Below, one piece after another: positions 26,301 through 41,300 of a stretch of 64,000 nucleotides of DNA. Source of the DNA: Mytilus edulis (taxonomy: Eukaryota). The stretch covers positions 35,898,001-35,962,000 of the forward strand of contig NC_092351.1 of assembly GCF_963676685.1 (NCBI RefSeq), written 5' to 3'. A program made the translations under genes and the position numbers. The notes beneath the pieces are model-generated. The model did not search any database. It was not told where the DNA came from and saw nothing but the letters and a program-made list of their open reading frames with translations. How positions within the stretch are numbered: position 1 is the stretch's first letter; each line of letters begins with the position of its first letter.

Positions 26301-29300
26301 CGGGGGACTACAATGTCTTGGTTTCTGCTTTACATTCATAGATACAGGTCAAAGGAAGATTACATGCTTGATAAATGTTAAAAAGTCTTTACTTTCCTCT
26401 GGAGGATAAAAATATTTGTAGTCAAGATTTGTCTAGGTCAGCAGTTTTCTGTGATATTAATGGAAAAGAGATTTACCGACTATCAGTTCTTTTATAACTA
26501 ACTATATTCCTCTTTTGTATGATCAAACTATTGTTAGCCAGTCATTATTCAATAGCTTTCAGTTTTAATTTCTTTGTCAGGAAGCCAAAATTGCTTCATT
26601 TACAGTTCATTTTCTCTTCCAATTCCTAAGAGATTAAAACAGTTACATAACTCGTAAGTAGTTTTGTACTGAAATATGTAGTCTTAAGAACATAAACTTT
26701 TAGAAAATAGGGCCATGAAATTATTCATTTGCTTCTAAGAATAACTTCTTGATACTTGATACATTAAAGAGTACACAATTATTGTGGACATACAGACTTG
26801 TTTGACAATCAAGTATAAGCTTTTCATGGTGTATGTATGTTTATATAGGTCTGTTTGATTTTTTGGTATTTGGGGGTCTCACACTCATTGATCCTTAAAT
26901 CTATTCTTTTCATTTCTATACATATATATATATATATATATATAATATGAATCGGTATAATTTGCATTAGTTCACAAGATGTAGGTCTACAAAAGTAAGA
27001 ATAATTGAATCAACCAAATATTAAATTTACCTTTGGGAAACATCTGTTTAAAGTCTATATTGAAAATCAAATGAACATTAAACAAGCAAAGTAAAAGGAC
27101 AAAGTTACTTTTTGATACATTTAGCTCTTTTAATGTAAGAGAATTAAATCCCTTTATTTGTTGTGGTGTGATACGTTGTAGGTTAGTGCATATATGCTAG
27201 ATTTTGGATTTGGGGTAAAAAGGGGGAGGGGAGTATTTTGATAGCACTAATTAACACCATTGATTGGGTTAGTTAAGTGACAGTTTTGTGGTTGTTTTAC
27301 ATGTTCTTTTATCAGTAAAGTGACTTCACGATACCAAATTTTGGCAGTAATTGTTATGTTTCTTATACTCTCCTGTGAGGCTGTGAAAAATAGCCTGTAA
27401 CAAGAGGAAAAAGCTTTTCTTATTGCATTCAACAAGAGACAAATTAGAGGTCTTTATAGACTCTCAATAAAATGACAGTGCTTAAAGGTGATAGCTGCAT
27501 CATGAGAAAAGATATGCATGAACTTGCACAGCATGCATTAGCGATAAATATATAAATAAAACAGATCCAATATTATGATCTAACGAGAAGTGTGTTTTAA
27601 TTGTCATTTTACAAGTTGCCTAACTGATTTCACATGTAGATTAGTAGCAAGAATGGTTATGAAAAATCGTCATAAATATATACTTTTTTACAACATTCAA
27701 ACCATGCTTAATACTTGTGTACTAGTTAGTTTTTATGAAAACTTTGTTTTTCTTGTCCACTTTTTCATTGATTTGTTTAATGGCAAAATTGACCAATAAT
27801 ACTTTTTACCCCTAGGGTTATGTGAAGTTATGTGCTTTTATACATTTTTGTACATGCATGTAGTTCCTGATACAAGTACAGAAAAGTCATGCAATGGTCA
27901 ATTCTGACTATATATTGCATGGGTATGTGAAATAATTGACCAGATAATAAGTTAATCATCTAAAAATGTGCATCTCGTTACTTTGCTCATTACAGGGAGA
28001 TCCAAACACCAATAGCCATTGATTTGTGACCATGATCACTAAATCTGTTATGTGTTTGTTTTAATACACACCTACACCATAATAACAAGCATTGTTTTGA
28101 GAGGGACAGGTAATCAATCACATGTGTCCAGAACTGACCAGACCTAATTTAGTGACATTGACTGTCTTCCTTTGTTGTAACTATATTTTTGCACTGATTT
28201 CAAGACATTAATGTTATATAATGCAACTTTCTTGGAGATTTGTAATTCAAAAATAGGCTGTATGCAAAATATTTTAATGCATTAAAAAATATGTTAGGTA
28301 TTTCCTAACTTGAATACACGTAAGCATTGAATGGTATGTCATGTTTGTGCAGGCTGTTATATATTATGCCTAAAGATATGTTTATGAAGACTGTAACCTT
28401 CAACTAACATGACTAAAATGGGGGATAAAACTACTGTTTCTTTCTTAAATGCTCATTTTGCAAACTTTAAAATCTTGAATCAATGATTATTACTAATAAT
28501 TTCAAATGTAAAACAAAAGAGTCTTTGATAACTCCAGAAATACAAGTGTGGCAGTTAATTATATTTGACCTTTTGTTAGTGACCAGTTAGATGTATAAGA
28601 GTGATAGGAATCGTTTACTTTAATTATGCTAAATTGTAGTTCCTCATTACAATGTTATGACGCTGCTGGTGTAATATCCTCTATGATTTACACCAAGTAT
28701 TTTACATTGTGCATTGATCAACATAATTTATTTGCTGCTACTATTATGTTGGCTGCTATTTCTCTGCAGCTTATAATAAAGTAGTAAGTTGACAACAGCC
28801 TTGTAAAATTTGTTTGATAAAAAAACAAAAACAGAATCTTTATCTATGCACTTGCAGCCATGCAATAAATACAACTATATTGTAACTGATCTTTATCAAT
28901 ATTTTTTTTTTTATAAACAAAAGATAAATGTTTAAGTATATATGAAGATGACTATAATTCATTTGTATTTTAATGTTGATTGTTCTGCATACTGATAATA
29001 TTCAGCCCTCATGTTGGGATTGATGTATTATGTATACCATATATAGATGAAATATTGATTTGAAATGAATTATTAAAATGTAAAAACTATTGTTTATAAA
29101 AAATTAAACTTATGAATAACAAGCTTTATATTTAAGTTTCTAGATAAATACTTGTTTTCATAACTTAAGCCGTCACCACATATTTAGATGAGAAATTATT
29201 TCCGATGTGCTGAGTACATTTTTACTCATACTTGGATTAAAAATTGTTAAACTATTTTTACGTAGAGGGATTTAGAGGAGAGATGTATTTTTAATGTAAT

Positions 29301-32300
29301 ATTTTCATAAGTATTTAAACATGTTAAAACAACATTGAAAAAATGTTTAAAAATATGCATGATACGCTGTTAATGTTAAGTAATTTTCCAAGAAAAGTGT
29401 ATAGTTTGGAGTGTTTTGTTCTTATGTCCTCTTTTACCCTATGAGTAACCTCGCAAGCAATCAAAAACAATTAGGAAACCAGAAATGAATCACGAACAGT
29501 TTAAGGAAATATATTTCTTCCTTTATAAGTCATAAGTTTAAAGGATCCTTGTTGTCTTACTTTGTCACAAGATAATCATTTAGGTATTATGAACGATCCT
29601 ATTAATAAACTGAAAAATGACCAACTGCGGAAGTTTGTCATTAAGAATTTATGTTCACATGTTGTAAATTGTTAGAAAAGTGAATATGAGAATGTATAAT
29701 TTTCCATGATTTCATGCTCAACAGTTGTTTACAAGGATAGACAGTCAGGTTGTTGACCTACGAGGAAAAGGCGAACAATTATGTTAAAGAAAAGTGAAAT
29801 TGCATGATTTATAACAAACATGTTTTTATGAGATTTTAATATCAAAGTACATCTGATTCTATTTTTCACAATCTTACTGAAATTAATGTTATTTCTGCAG
29901 CTAGATTTTTATTTTAAGATCACGATAACGCATTGTTTCAAATTTTCCTTTGAAGTATGTCGGAGACTTGCCAAGAACCTTTATAAAAGTAGCTATTGTA
30001 TAAGTAATATTTCCTGATTTGATAATGAGAACAAAGGATTTAAATACACCATAGGTGAATGGTTCACTGTTATGAAAGAATGAACTTTAACTATGGTAAA
30101 TTAGAGTCTACCGATCATTATAATATTATATCTAATGACCTTCCTTAAAGTTTGGGAAATTATTCAGATATTTAAATTTTTAGTCAACTTAAATCTTGAG
30201 CTGTTTTCTATTTATAACTCTTGAAACAAGATACTACTAATTGTTATGGGCACATTATTTGTGAATTCTTAATATACCCCTGTAAAAGAAAAGATAATTC
30301 TAGCAACCAAAGCAGCAGTCCCTCAATAAAAACATGATAACATGACAAGTTTTATTGCACAGACAAATTAATGCTTGCACATTTGACCTAATACAAGTTT
30401 TATACAAATCTAGGTCACTGTGTATGCTTTTTTTATTTTCAGTTAGATTTATAAGACCTTCAAGAAAAGGTGAGACCTTTTTGAATCCTCAGAATGGACC
30501 TATAATGGAAAATTTTGCTTGTATATCATCTGAATTTTTTATTTTTTCTTGTTTTAGTGGATGCTTGTGAACAACAAACAAAGATCAAGGAAGAACCAAG
30601 AGAGAGACTATATTATCACAATGGACACCATGTGGCTGCTGAAGCCTTACTGTGTATGGACTCACCTCACGAGGATAACAAAACCTTTCTTCAAGATATT
30701 CTCAGACAGAATCAAAAATCAAGTAAGACCTCAATCAAAGCATGTTGAGATTATCTCTTATAGGCATTGTTTCAGTTTACACTAGTATGACCTCTATCAA
30801 AGCCTGTACAGATTGTCTTTTATAGGTATAGTTTCAGTTTTACGCTAGTTAGCCCTCTATCAAAGCCTGTAGAGATTGTCTCTTATAGGTATAGTTTCAG
30901 TTTTACGCTAGTTGGCCCTCTATCAAAGCCTGTAGAGATTGTCTCTTATAGGTATAGTTTCAGTTTTACACTAGTTAGCCCTCAATCAAAGCCTGTAGAG
31001 ATTGTCTCTTATAGATATTGTTTCAGTTTACACAATGTAAAAAATTGGAGAGCTTTAGTGAAGTGCGAGTTTCAATAGAAAATAGCTTCACGCTGAAGAT
31101 ATTAACGATAATTGTGGATGTTAATGATAAGTTTTCAGCATTAAAACAAATAAAATCAATGTAGCATATTAATATTATGGCATTTAAGATTTATTTTCAA
31201 ACTCCTAGCTTTAAATCTTATTTAAATGAGATCAGATATCAAAGGTCAATAAGGGGAAAAAGAAAATCAACCAGGAACATTGTTTTGGCAAATTCACAGA
31301 TCTAAGAAATCTGCCTGAAAATAATAAATGTTTCAGTTTCTATATTTGCTTTCAGAAGATATAAGTCCTTGAGGATCTTTAAATGTTTTTTAATATTTCC
31401 TCCGGGGTTTAAATTTCTCAAATTATTATGTATAAATTTTTGCACTGGTGCCAAGGATCCATAGGTGATTACATGAATGTGCTATTCTTATTCATGTTCC
31501 GTTTCTTATGTGCGATAAGAATACATAATGGAAGTTTTGATCTTGTTTCTTTTGAATCGGAAGAACAGAGGAAGATTACCTTACATATGTTAAGATTTAA
31601 AAAGCCGGTTTTATTTAATCCTTAATTTATACCAGTGGCTTGTCAAGATAATACGTTTGACGCATGACTTCATTTCAATAGCTGTATTACAATAAGGAAA
31701 TGAATAGATACAAAACATTTTTCCTTGCTTGTAATAAATGATCTTTTTAATGGTTTATAGTTTTGGGGTGAAATATTTCTGCCTGTGCAACAGTGCACAT
31801 TCATTGTTGGTACTAAGAAAATTGTGTTTTGAGGAAGTTGTCAATGTCTGTTTTTAATGAATAGATTTGGATATCTGAATGAAAATTGATTATGATACGG
31901 TCTAAAAAAACAACCTTTTACATAATAAAAAAGGGGGAGGGTTATAGAATACTACGACAATATCAAGTCTATATCATATAAATACATAATTCAAGCAGTA
32001 TATAAAAAAAAAAAAAAAACGTAAATCAGAAAAAGATATAAATGGAATATTTCAAAACCATCAGATTTTTCTAAATTTTTATACTTATAACAGACAAGAA
32101 TGACAAACAGAACATTCTTGAAAGCATATACTCAAAATTTTTTCTTTTCTTTTTCCAGCTTCCCTACCTCCTAGCCCTTCAGACAGTGGAGTGTCTTCAG
32201 ACATCGACAGTAACTGTGACGATAAATCACGGATCCCCCCAGGTAAGCATATGTTTACTATAAATGTGAGTCAGCTCAGAAGGAGTGAAGAGTAAATACT

Positions 32301-35300
32301 AATTCATCATTAGATACATCTGTTACAACTACATGTATAACAAGGTTGTAGGGATGGGAACAGATTGGCTACAGTGAAAACAAAAAGAGCTTAACTCAAT
32401 TTTCAATATTAAGTCCAAGATATTTGAAAAATATTTTTTAAACACATATTTCCTTTTAACGAACAGTCACTGTACTTAAGTACACACACCTTTGCGAAAC
32501 TTTTTATCGCAGTCTATATATGTAATTTGTATTAAAATCTTTTGCCAGTATAAAATTACGATATTGAAATTTGGGAAGGAGGATACAATTGAAATACAAG
32601 ATTAAGTGTAGGTTGGATGTTATAACATATATGTAAATAAAAAAAAGTCAAATATAGTGATTTTGGCAAACAATCAAAGAAATAAGAAGCCACAAACAAA
32701 AATGGCTGTATATTACAACAGACCAGAGGAAATACAATACATTCTTTTCTGTTTGTTAAACATTACTGGGTTTATTTATAAAATCTTTAAATTTTTGTGG
32801 GTAACTTTAAATTATAAAGGTTACAAATACAAGTATTCATTGTATATTTTGCAAGTACATTTATTGAACCTAGAAAGTAGATTTTTGTAGAAAGAATTGA
32901 TGTAAAAAGAATATGATTATTTAAAGCGTTAGTAAATCTTTTTACTTGGTACAAAAATTAAATCAAAATTTGATTTTAATTTTCTCAAAAGCAGGATCAA
33001 TTCTCTTATGAATAATGCATAGAGTCACTGCCTAGAAATGAGTCTTATTAAATTATATACACAGAATCATTAACTTCCAGCGATGTAATAGATTGTCTGA
33101 AGTATCCTATTTGAAGTGCAGTTAGTTGGAACAAATCTTGATTGCAGCCGCACTGACATAGATCAGCTAGAACGAATAGGTCATGTATTTATACAACTGA
33201 TCCCATTAATGGGATAAAGCGCTTCCGGGGAAAGTTGTCCTATTTTCCATCAATAGTACAATGTTAGGAACATAGTTAAAAACCGAATTATTCTGCAATT
33301 AACTTACTTTCGGGTTCGAATTAAATGCTTATTACGGATGAAATGAAAATCACTATGCCAATATGTGTTATTTGTTTTTCTTTGACAGTGTATTTACAGA
33401 GACAAACATCATCACCAGGTCCTTACGTTCCCCCTTTTTGTCAGATGCCAGCTGGACAACTTCGACCTCCTCCTGCTCACCAACCTTTACCTGCACATTT
33501 TAATACTGCCACACACATAGCAATGAGACCAGGTAATTTGCATAAATTTATGAACCAGGTTATTTGCATACAATGCATCAATATTTTAATAAAATTACAA
33601 GCAATCAAGAGTTTTGAAGATCTCAAATACTATAAATTGTTTTCCCACAATGCATCTTGATGAAAACAAGTTGCATGGATACCTTATATATCCGAAACAC
33701 AAATAACACTATGTATGGTAGTTATTGCAAGAATTTTGTTTTAATTTTGTATTTGAAATATATGAATACAGAGTGCAAATGTTTGCATGTATAAAATGCT
33801 ATGACATTACAATATGTTGTTATGAGTGGGATAGGACCTTTATCGGGACTGCGGGATTGGGTGTTTTTAAGCTCAGGATTTCGAGATTAACTCTTTCGGG
33901 ATCCGGGAATTCTTTTTTTCAAATTTGGGGACCTCAGGATTTCGTGTTTTTAAGCCCGGGATTTTGTGATCAGGACCCCTCCTATCCCACCTCTATTATA
34001 CTTTACTGTGAAAATTAGCACATCTGTCAACGGCTTTTAACACATATGAATACAACCTGCTAGCGACTATAAATAGTACAAAAAAATCTGTACGATGTTA
34101 ATAGACCCTCTCCTCATTTAACGTGTGAATGGCCCTAAAATATAGCGTGAGTTGCCTAAAATAAACTGTGAATAGCTTTTTATAGAAGTGTAACACCTCT
34201 ATATAAAAGTGGGATATTTTCTTTAATAAAAATCTTATTATAGAGAGAATGGAACTAAAGACAGAATTTCTATGTAAAAGTGTTAACTTAAATAAACACC
34301 TCTTTTTAACCTTATGAATACTAGTCTGTGTGTAAATTACTTTTCACACATTGAAGGTCATAAAATGTTTTAAATGTTGCATTCAAAGAGCCTTGAGATA
34401 TTTGTTTAGGTTTTGACCATTCATGTCCTATATTTCGACATTGACTCACTGACCTTCACCTAAATGAGATGTTAAAAGTGGAGACCAATTAGGCTCTGTC
34501 AATTCACAGAAAATGAAAAATTTTAATGATGAAGTAAATATTATTAAGTTTGAAATATATTGGATTAGATGAATGGTGACAATGAGTGTGACATTGTAAA
34601 TGTTGGCATTATAGAGATATTTACTCTTTTTTTTTAGCCAATGCAATTTCAAGATTTATTCTAATTAGGTAAAATTTTGTATTTTACCATGTCATTTTAG
34701 TGCTGCCTACATTAAAAAGGAAATAGTTTAATTTTTAACTATACTGTAATATTTCATTGAAATACAAAGACTCAAATTTTAATTTTGCAAATGGGAGATA
34801 TTTTTGTCATCAGATTGTATGTTCCCCTTTGATAAATCAAACTTGTGTGTACTCTTTGTGCTAATTTCAGAAGTCAACCAATATAACTTAAACATCCCAT
34901 GCCGGTATGTAATAGAGCTTGAAATGTTATATATTTGAATTTTATTTTAAGTGACGAACAAACTTGAATGTTAACTTATTGTTATATATAAACTGGATAA
35001 TGTCCAAATTGTTAAATGAGATTTTTCAAATGCTAAGTTTTACTGATAAGCTGACGTTTATGGAAGTAAGGCAAAATTTAAATGTTGTAAATCCTATTTA
35101 AATATTTGAATTGGTTTCGGGTAAATATCGATGTTGATGGATATATTTCCTGGCTAAAACCTTTTCCTGTTGGGGTGTTTTATCTTTTACCTATGTTTAA
35201 TGTTCACTTGTAAACTAGGTCAGATAAATCTTGTTACAGTGAGGACCCCTAAGGGTATATGATTTACAAAAAAAATAGGCTGGACTATTTCTGAGATAAA

Positions 35301-38300
35301 GATATTTTCAGTTAAACAAGTTGAACTATAATGACTTTCTTTAATACAAATCGTCTTTTTATATTTTCCTGATTGATTTTTTTTTTGAAGATGATACCAC
35401 TGAAAGGTTTAGAAAATTAGTCAGGACAATTTAGCTGAGAAAAGAAACTAAAACCAAGAGGGAAGAACAAGCTAGATAAAGTTTCTTAAAGGAAATTTTC
35501 TTAGAAAACATTTAACAATTCCTCATGGATTGAGTTACAAACTAGGAAATTTCTAAGATTTTTCTCTCGGTTTCAAATTCATATCAAACAATAATATGAT
35601 AAAAGAATTTCTAGACGTGGATATAAATTTGATACGTATGACATGTTTCATATTCCCTGTCTTTAATCATGCTAAGTTCTTGAAACAGGAAATGTCTAGC
35701 AAGGTCATCTGTATAGGAAATAAACCTTTTATAAACTAGAAAAACAGGTTGTTCATACTAGAGACAAGGTTTTAAGTCTTGTCAACGGGAAATCACATGT
35801 TTTAGATTAAATAATTGAATCACGATGGTTTCCGGTAATATTAAGACAGTTCTGTACTTTACATGTAGACGAATTGTCCCAGGGTTTCGGAAGACACTTG
35901 CAAAAGGTCGAAGTTTACCATTTTTTTCTTTAGATAGACATCTATCAGTTCGCTTAATTAAGGAAATAATTAAATTTATGTAATAATCTTACATTCTGAA
36001 CTAAAGTACTAACTAAAAACTTGTATTTTTTTAAGTATTCAAATAGTTTGTATACATTTAATTAAATAAGGAGTGAGAAAAATACAAACACATGACACAA
36101 TCCAGTAATAAACTTAGTTAGGATTAATCCTAGTCTTGGCTGGTTTTATTTCTCTCAGTATGACAATAGGTGTTTAACATGTATATTGATTGATACATAT
36201 AAACTTATACTTAAGATGGAAGGCCAGCTGTAACTGTCCTACATTTTACTAATCAATTCAATAAATTGACCTACTTGTAGATTTGTACTGTAAATTTTTC
36301 ATGTTTCATGTAAATATTCAATACATTAATGTCCTTTTATGGGTGTAGATTAACTAGCATTAATCCTTAGAGAAACATCTTCTTTTCTAATTGTCATTTG
36401 CACCAACAGAAAATAAAGAATCGACAGATTTTGTCATGATGTAAAGAATTTTCTTGTAAATGAATGATAATTGACTTATTAAAAATTTAGCAGTCCCAGT
36501 TTCAGACATCTTATTGTTGTGACTGGTTAACCTATTATTTCCAAGAACAATGTATTAGATCAAAACAAAATGGGCAGTCCTTGCTCTTTTGTAACCTCTT
36601 GGCATGAAAAAAGGTAAAATTGTTGACTGATTTACTGTTAGATTTAAATATATCCAGTGGCAATTAGAGAAACGGATGGTTCAAATATATGGATCTGAAA
36701 CTAAGGATAATTATCACGATGACAAAAACAGGAAGTTGGGCTCTAACCGATCGCAGACGATATTGATTTTCTCTAAGATAAGTTTACTGTATAATACAGT
36801 AGGCACAGGAAATCAGAAGATGTGGCTAAACATAGAGAAAGTCTGTAGGCGGCTTTTTAAGTACAAAGTCTATAATTTCTTACAGCCTTAATTGTTCAGG
36901 TTTTCCCTTTAATTGTATAGTAACTATAAACCTCCTGCTTTCTTCATGCTGAGAGAAATTCTCCATCATTTCTTGAACAAGTTAATATTTTTTTTCAGAA
37001 ATGTCCTATTCAGAATTATACATAATAGCCATTATTGTTGCACAAAAAGGTTTAAGATATATTACAATGTCTTAAATTAATTACATTTATCTTTGCAGAA
37101 GAATCAAGATACACAAACAGTCTGTTACCCTCCCCATTACCACACATGGGTATGGAGAGTTGGGAAACCAGTTATCACTCATCCTGTCACTCACCATCAA
37201 CCAACACGCCTCCGATGTCACCCATTAGAAGTAAGGATAAAAAAGGTACTTTATTCACACCCTTTGGCAGGGTGTCAAGGCAGTTCAGTCCTGTTAATTC
37301 AAACAATACAACCATCTTATTATTCAACAAAAAACTGTTGGATATTTGGTCAGACAAACTGCACTGATTAATTAGACTCAATAAACAAATTTCTAGACAT
37401 TCGTATGAAAGAAATTGTAAATACCAGCTTAAGGTTATATTTGTCTCACACCTAAATGTGTATAAAAAAAGTAGGTTTATGTACTATATATAATATATCG
37501 TTTTCAATAAGCATTTACAGTTTATTGGAATGTATTAGGAAAATTAGCACGTTTTCCACAGTGTTTAACACATATCAAAATAACCTGCTATCTGATAAAA
37601 AAATTTGATGCTAAATAAGCCCTTTCCTTAAATAGGGTGAGAAACGCCATATTATAAGCTGTAAATTTCTTTTTATAAGTTTGGTATTTCCTTTATTAGT
37701 GAAATTAACAAAGATTGAAAGGTTACTGGATGTGTAAAGGAAGTCATGTGGTGTTGTTATTAAAACTAACACACAAACATATGTCTCTGTCAAAAGTTTC
37801 TTTAATATCATTATAAAAGTTAAGCTATCCTTTACATTACTAAGTGAAAATTACTAGCATTTAATTAAGATGATATATATACAATGAATCAAGGTATGTT
37901 TTGGAGTTGTTCGATTTGGTTCAAGGGTGATGACTTTATCATGATGCGTATCTAAATATATCTCTATGTTTCAAACATTTACATAATATTCATATGATAT
38001 CATATACTTGTCAAAGTTTTTACATCATTTTTGACAACAAAGCTTTTAATTAGAACCTTATGTAGGCTGGAGGGTCTTAACTCTGTGAGGCACCGATTTT
38101 TTTATATATCTTTTCACATCAAAGAACTTGTTATTAAAACTTGTACTTTTAGATCTAAATATAAGACGTGGTTATGTAAACACATTTCTATCAATGACGT
38201 TAAATTTGTGGTTAATTTCTGTGTTATTTACATGAATGGGGCGACGCAGCGCCTTATATTTATTTGAATTGAATGTACATTGAATCGCAAATTATGAATA

Positions 38301-41300
38301 AAAGATGCACAAGCCTATTTATCATATAATTTCATTAGCTGTGAAACAACAGGGGCATCTTTGATAGCGAAAAAGGGGGGAAGCGAACTATGTTTTTTAT
38401 CTTAAAAACTGTAAACTCTTAAAATCAAAGTTTAAATAGCTTGAATCTTTGATATTTTTTTGATATATACATTATGTGCAATGATTTAGTAGTAAAAAAA
38501 AATGTGGGTAATTAGAATACTAAAGCCCAGATATGATTCATTTATTATCTCTTTAAAGCCGTATATTTTTGTCGTTCTAAGTAGTGTTTGTGCATTTTAA
38601 GATTTTTGAAGAAGTTTTTATTTGATGAGTAAATATTTGATGATAGATAAGATAGACCATGGGTCATTTAATAGATTTCCACTTCCTCCAGTTTACCTTT
38701 TATATACATGTTACGACTTCATATTACGTAGATTAGGAGGTTTTTCTCTCGAGATTGAAATGCGGAGAAACATGAATGCCCATTGAATGATTATTGATTC
38801 TGTAACACGTTTTAAAAAAGTGTATATAACTTTTACCTATCCATTCATACATACAAGTTAGATTTCATTGATTTGTCATTGAATAAACGGCAACAAATGT
38901 TACATATGAGTAAATACTATTTAATCTGTAAAGAAATAAATATGTCATCAGAAAATATTATCGTACAAACAGTATTCAATAACTTCTGTATTAGGAGAAA
39001 AAAAGGATTGCTTGTTTACGAGAAACAATAACTCTAGTAGTACATCTGTACTTTTACTGGCTTTCTTAATGATTAGTTGGTGAATTAGATTTTGCCAAGT
39101 TTTCTTTTCTTTTTCATTGAAGTTGATATGAAAACCAAGAGAAAAAAAATCAGAAATTTAACTTGTTCGTCACAATTGTATGGTTTTTGAAGTCTGTTTA
39201 AGTGGTAGTCTAATATTGGCTATACCCAAACAAGGTGGTTGTAATCTTCAATGATTTTGGAGGATAAAAAGGGTGTACTTATACCTAGAGTCAGCTTGAA
39301 TAGCTTATACAGATTACTAGAATGTAATTAAGTTTGTGTTGTCATTTAAATGTCCTGCAATCCTATTTATCTACTCTCTCTCTCAAGAGGCAACAGCTTC
39401 ACATTATTCAAAGTCATGTAATGTTAGGTTCTGTGGACAACACTTAATGACAAGTATATCACTAATCATAATAAGTCTTCTCGGATGACATTGTTTATTG
39501 AACTATCAAAACATTTAAAGTAGTTCTGGTTTTATGTTTGAGAAGCTATCGTCTTTGTCTTTGAAGTTAAAGTGTAGATGTACTTTTCTGACACTTGGTC
39601 AATACATTGGGGTAAATAAGTTCTAGATCACTTTTCATTTTATGACAAATTGTCACTTGTACTTGTTTAGTATGCCCCACGTTTTTGTCTTTATCACTTA
39701 TTCTTGTGGGTGGTTTTTATTTGATGATTACGATAGTTCAGTTGGTGTGTGCCATGTCATCGAATCGTGTGTACTCCAGTGGTTATCTCCCCCTATTTAG
39801 TTAATGTCCACTTGTAGTTATAAAGGTGATAAGAAATTTCCTATTGAAGGTCTGTGGTTTTCTCCAGCCTCTCCAGCTTCCTCGACCAAAAATGGCTGCC
39901 ACAAAATACCCCAAAAGTGGCGTTAAAACAGACAATCAATTTATCAATGTTAATATAACCGTCTTTAAAGATTTCGACTTTAGACATGACTATAATTTGT
40001 CTTTTTACTTTTGAGAGTTCTAAATTTTTATTTTTTTTATTATTTCAGGTAGAAAACCAAAGAATTTAATTGACTGTCCTATTAATCAACCAAAAAGGAA
40101 GAGAGAAAGTAAGTTAATGAATTTATATCAAATATGGATCATTCTTTTCCTGAAAAAACCCATCAAAGTTCATAATTTAAAATGTCGCTTGCCACCAATA
40201 ACATGCTTCAATAGTGGCAACTGCAGACAGATGCTTAGAAATGCATGACTTGGTAGAAACTATTTAATGTGTAAATACAATGAACCTTACACATCACTGA
40301 CTATTTCAGAAATAGTTTTCCATTAAAATCCTAATAAATATTTTATTTCTTTTATATCTGTCTTATAATGTTGCATTCATTAACCTATTAATTATAGTTG
40401 CTTTTAAGATGCATAGAGAAATTGTGATACAAATTGTTGCTAAATGATTACAAATTCTTGAAGAGATTATTATGAACGGTGCAAATGCACTGTTTGGAAA
40501 TATTGTGTTGAAATACTGTTAAAGATATGTTCTGGTCTATTAAAAAAACCACATTATTTCTTTGTATTCAAATTTAAACATCAACAAAAATTATTAGAGC
40601 AAAAAGTGTTCAGTATAATTAGAATCAAAAGTGTTTAAAACTATTAGAGCCAATAGTGTTCCATCAATCTACATAAAGTATGGAGAGCTTTGTTAAAAAA
40701 AATGGACAGTTTCAAAGTCAGAAAAATACTCCAGAAGTCTAACTGGCTGATATAATTAGAAACTTTGAATTGGTTTGTACACAAAAAATCTTGAAGATGT
40801 AGTATGGTTGCCAAAGAGGCAACTCTTCACAAGAGACTAAATGACACAGATATAACACAAAGGTCACTGAACGACGTTCAAAAATATGTATTTATTGACA
40901 AGATTGTGTATCCATGGATTATGTTGCATTGAAAACAGCTGGTACATTGATATTTTACTGGTTCCCTAAGTCAATATAATACAGGGTATCAAATGTCCAA
41001 ACTGGTATTGATATAAATTTTCTTGATTTTTATGTATATTTAAATATCGGACTATTAGAATCCATACAAATTGAAAATGGTCCCACGAATGTGCACTAAT
41101 TTTGCATGTGTGTGTTATATGTAAGTTTTGTTGCTTGGATGAATAAATTTTTATTTTATTTTGAAAAACATAACATTAAAAAATGAATTTGTCACTAAGT
41201 TCCTAAATGTTTTGTTTTACAGGTAGTACGACATATCTGTGGGAGTTTTTACTGCAGTTATTACAGAATCACGAAACATGTCCAAGATACATCAAATGGA

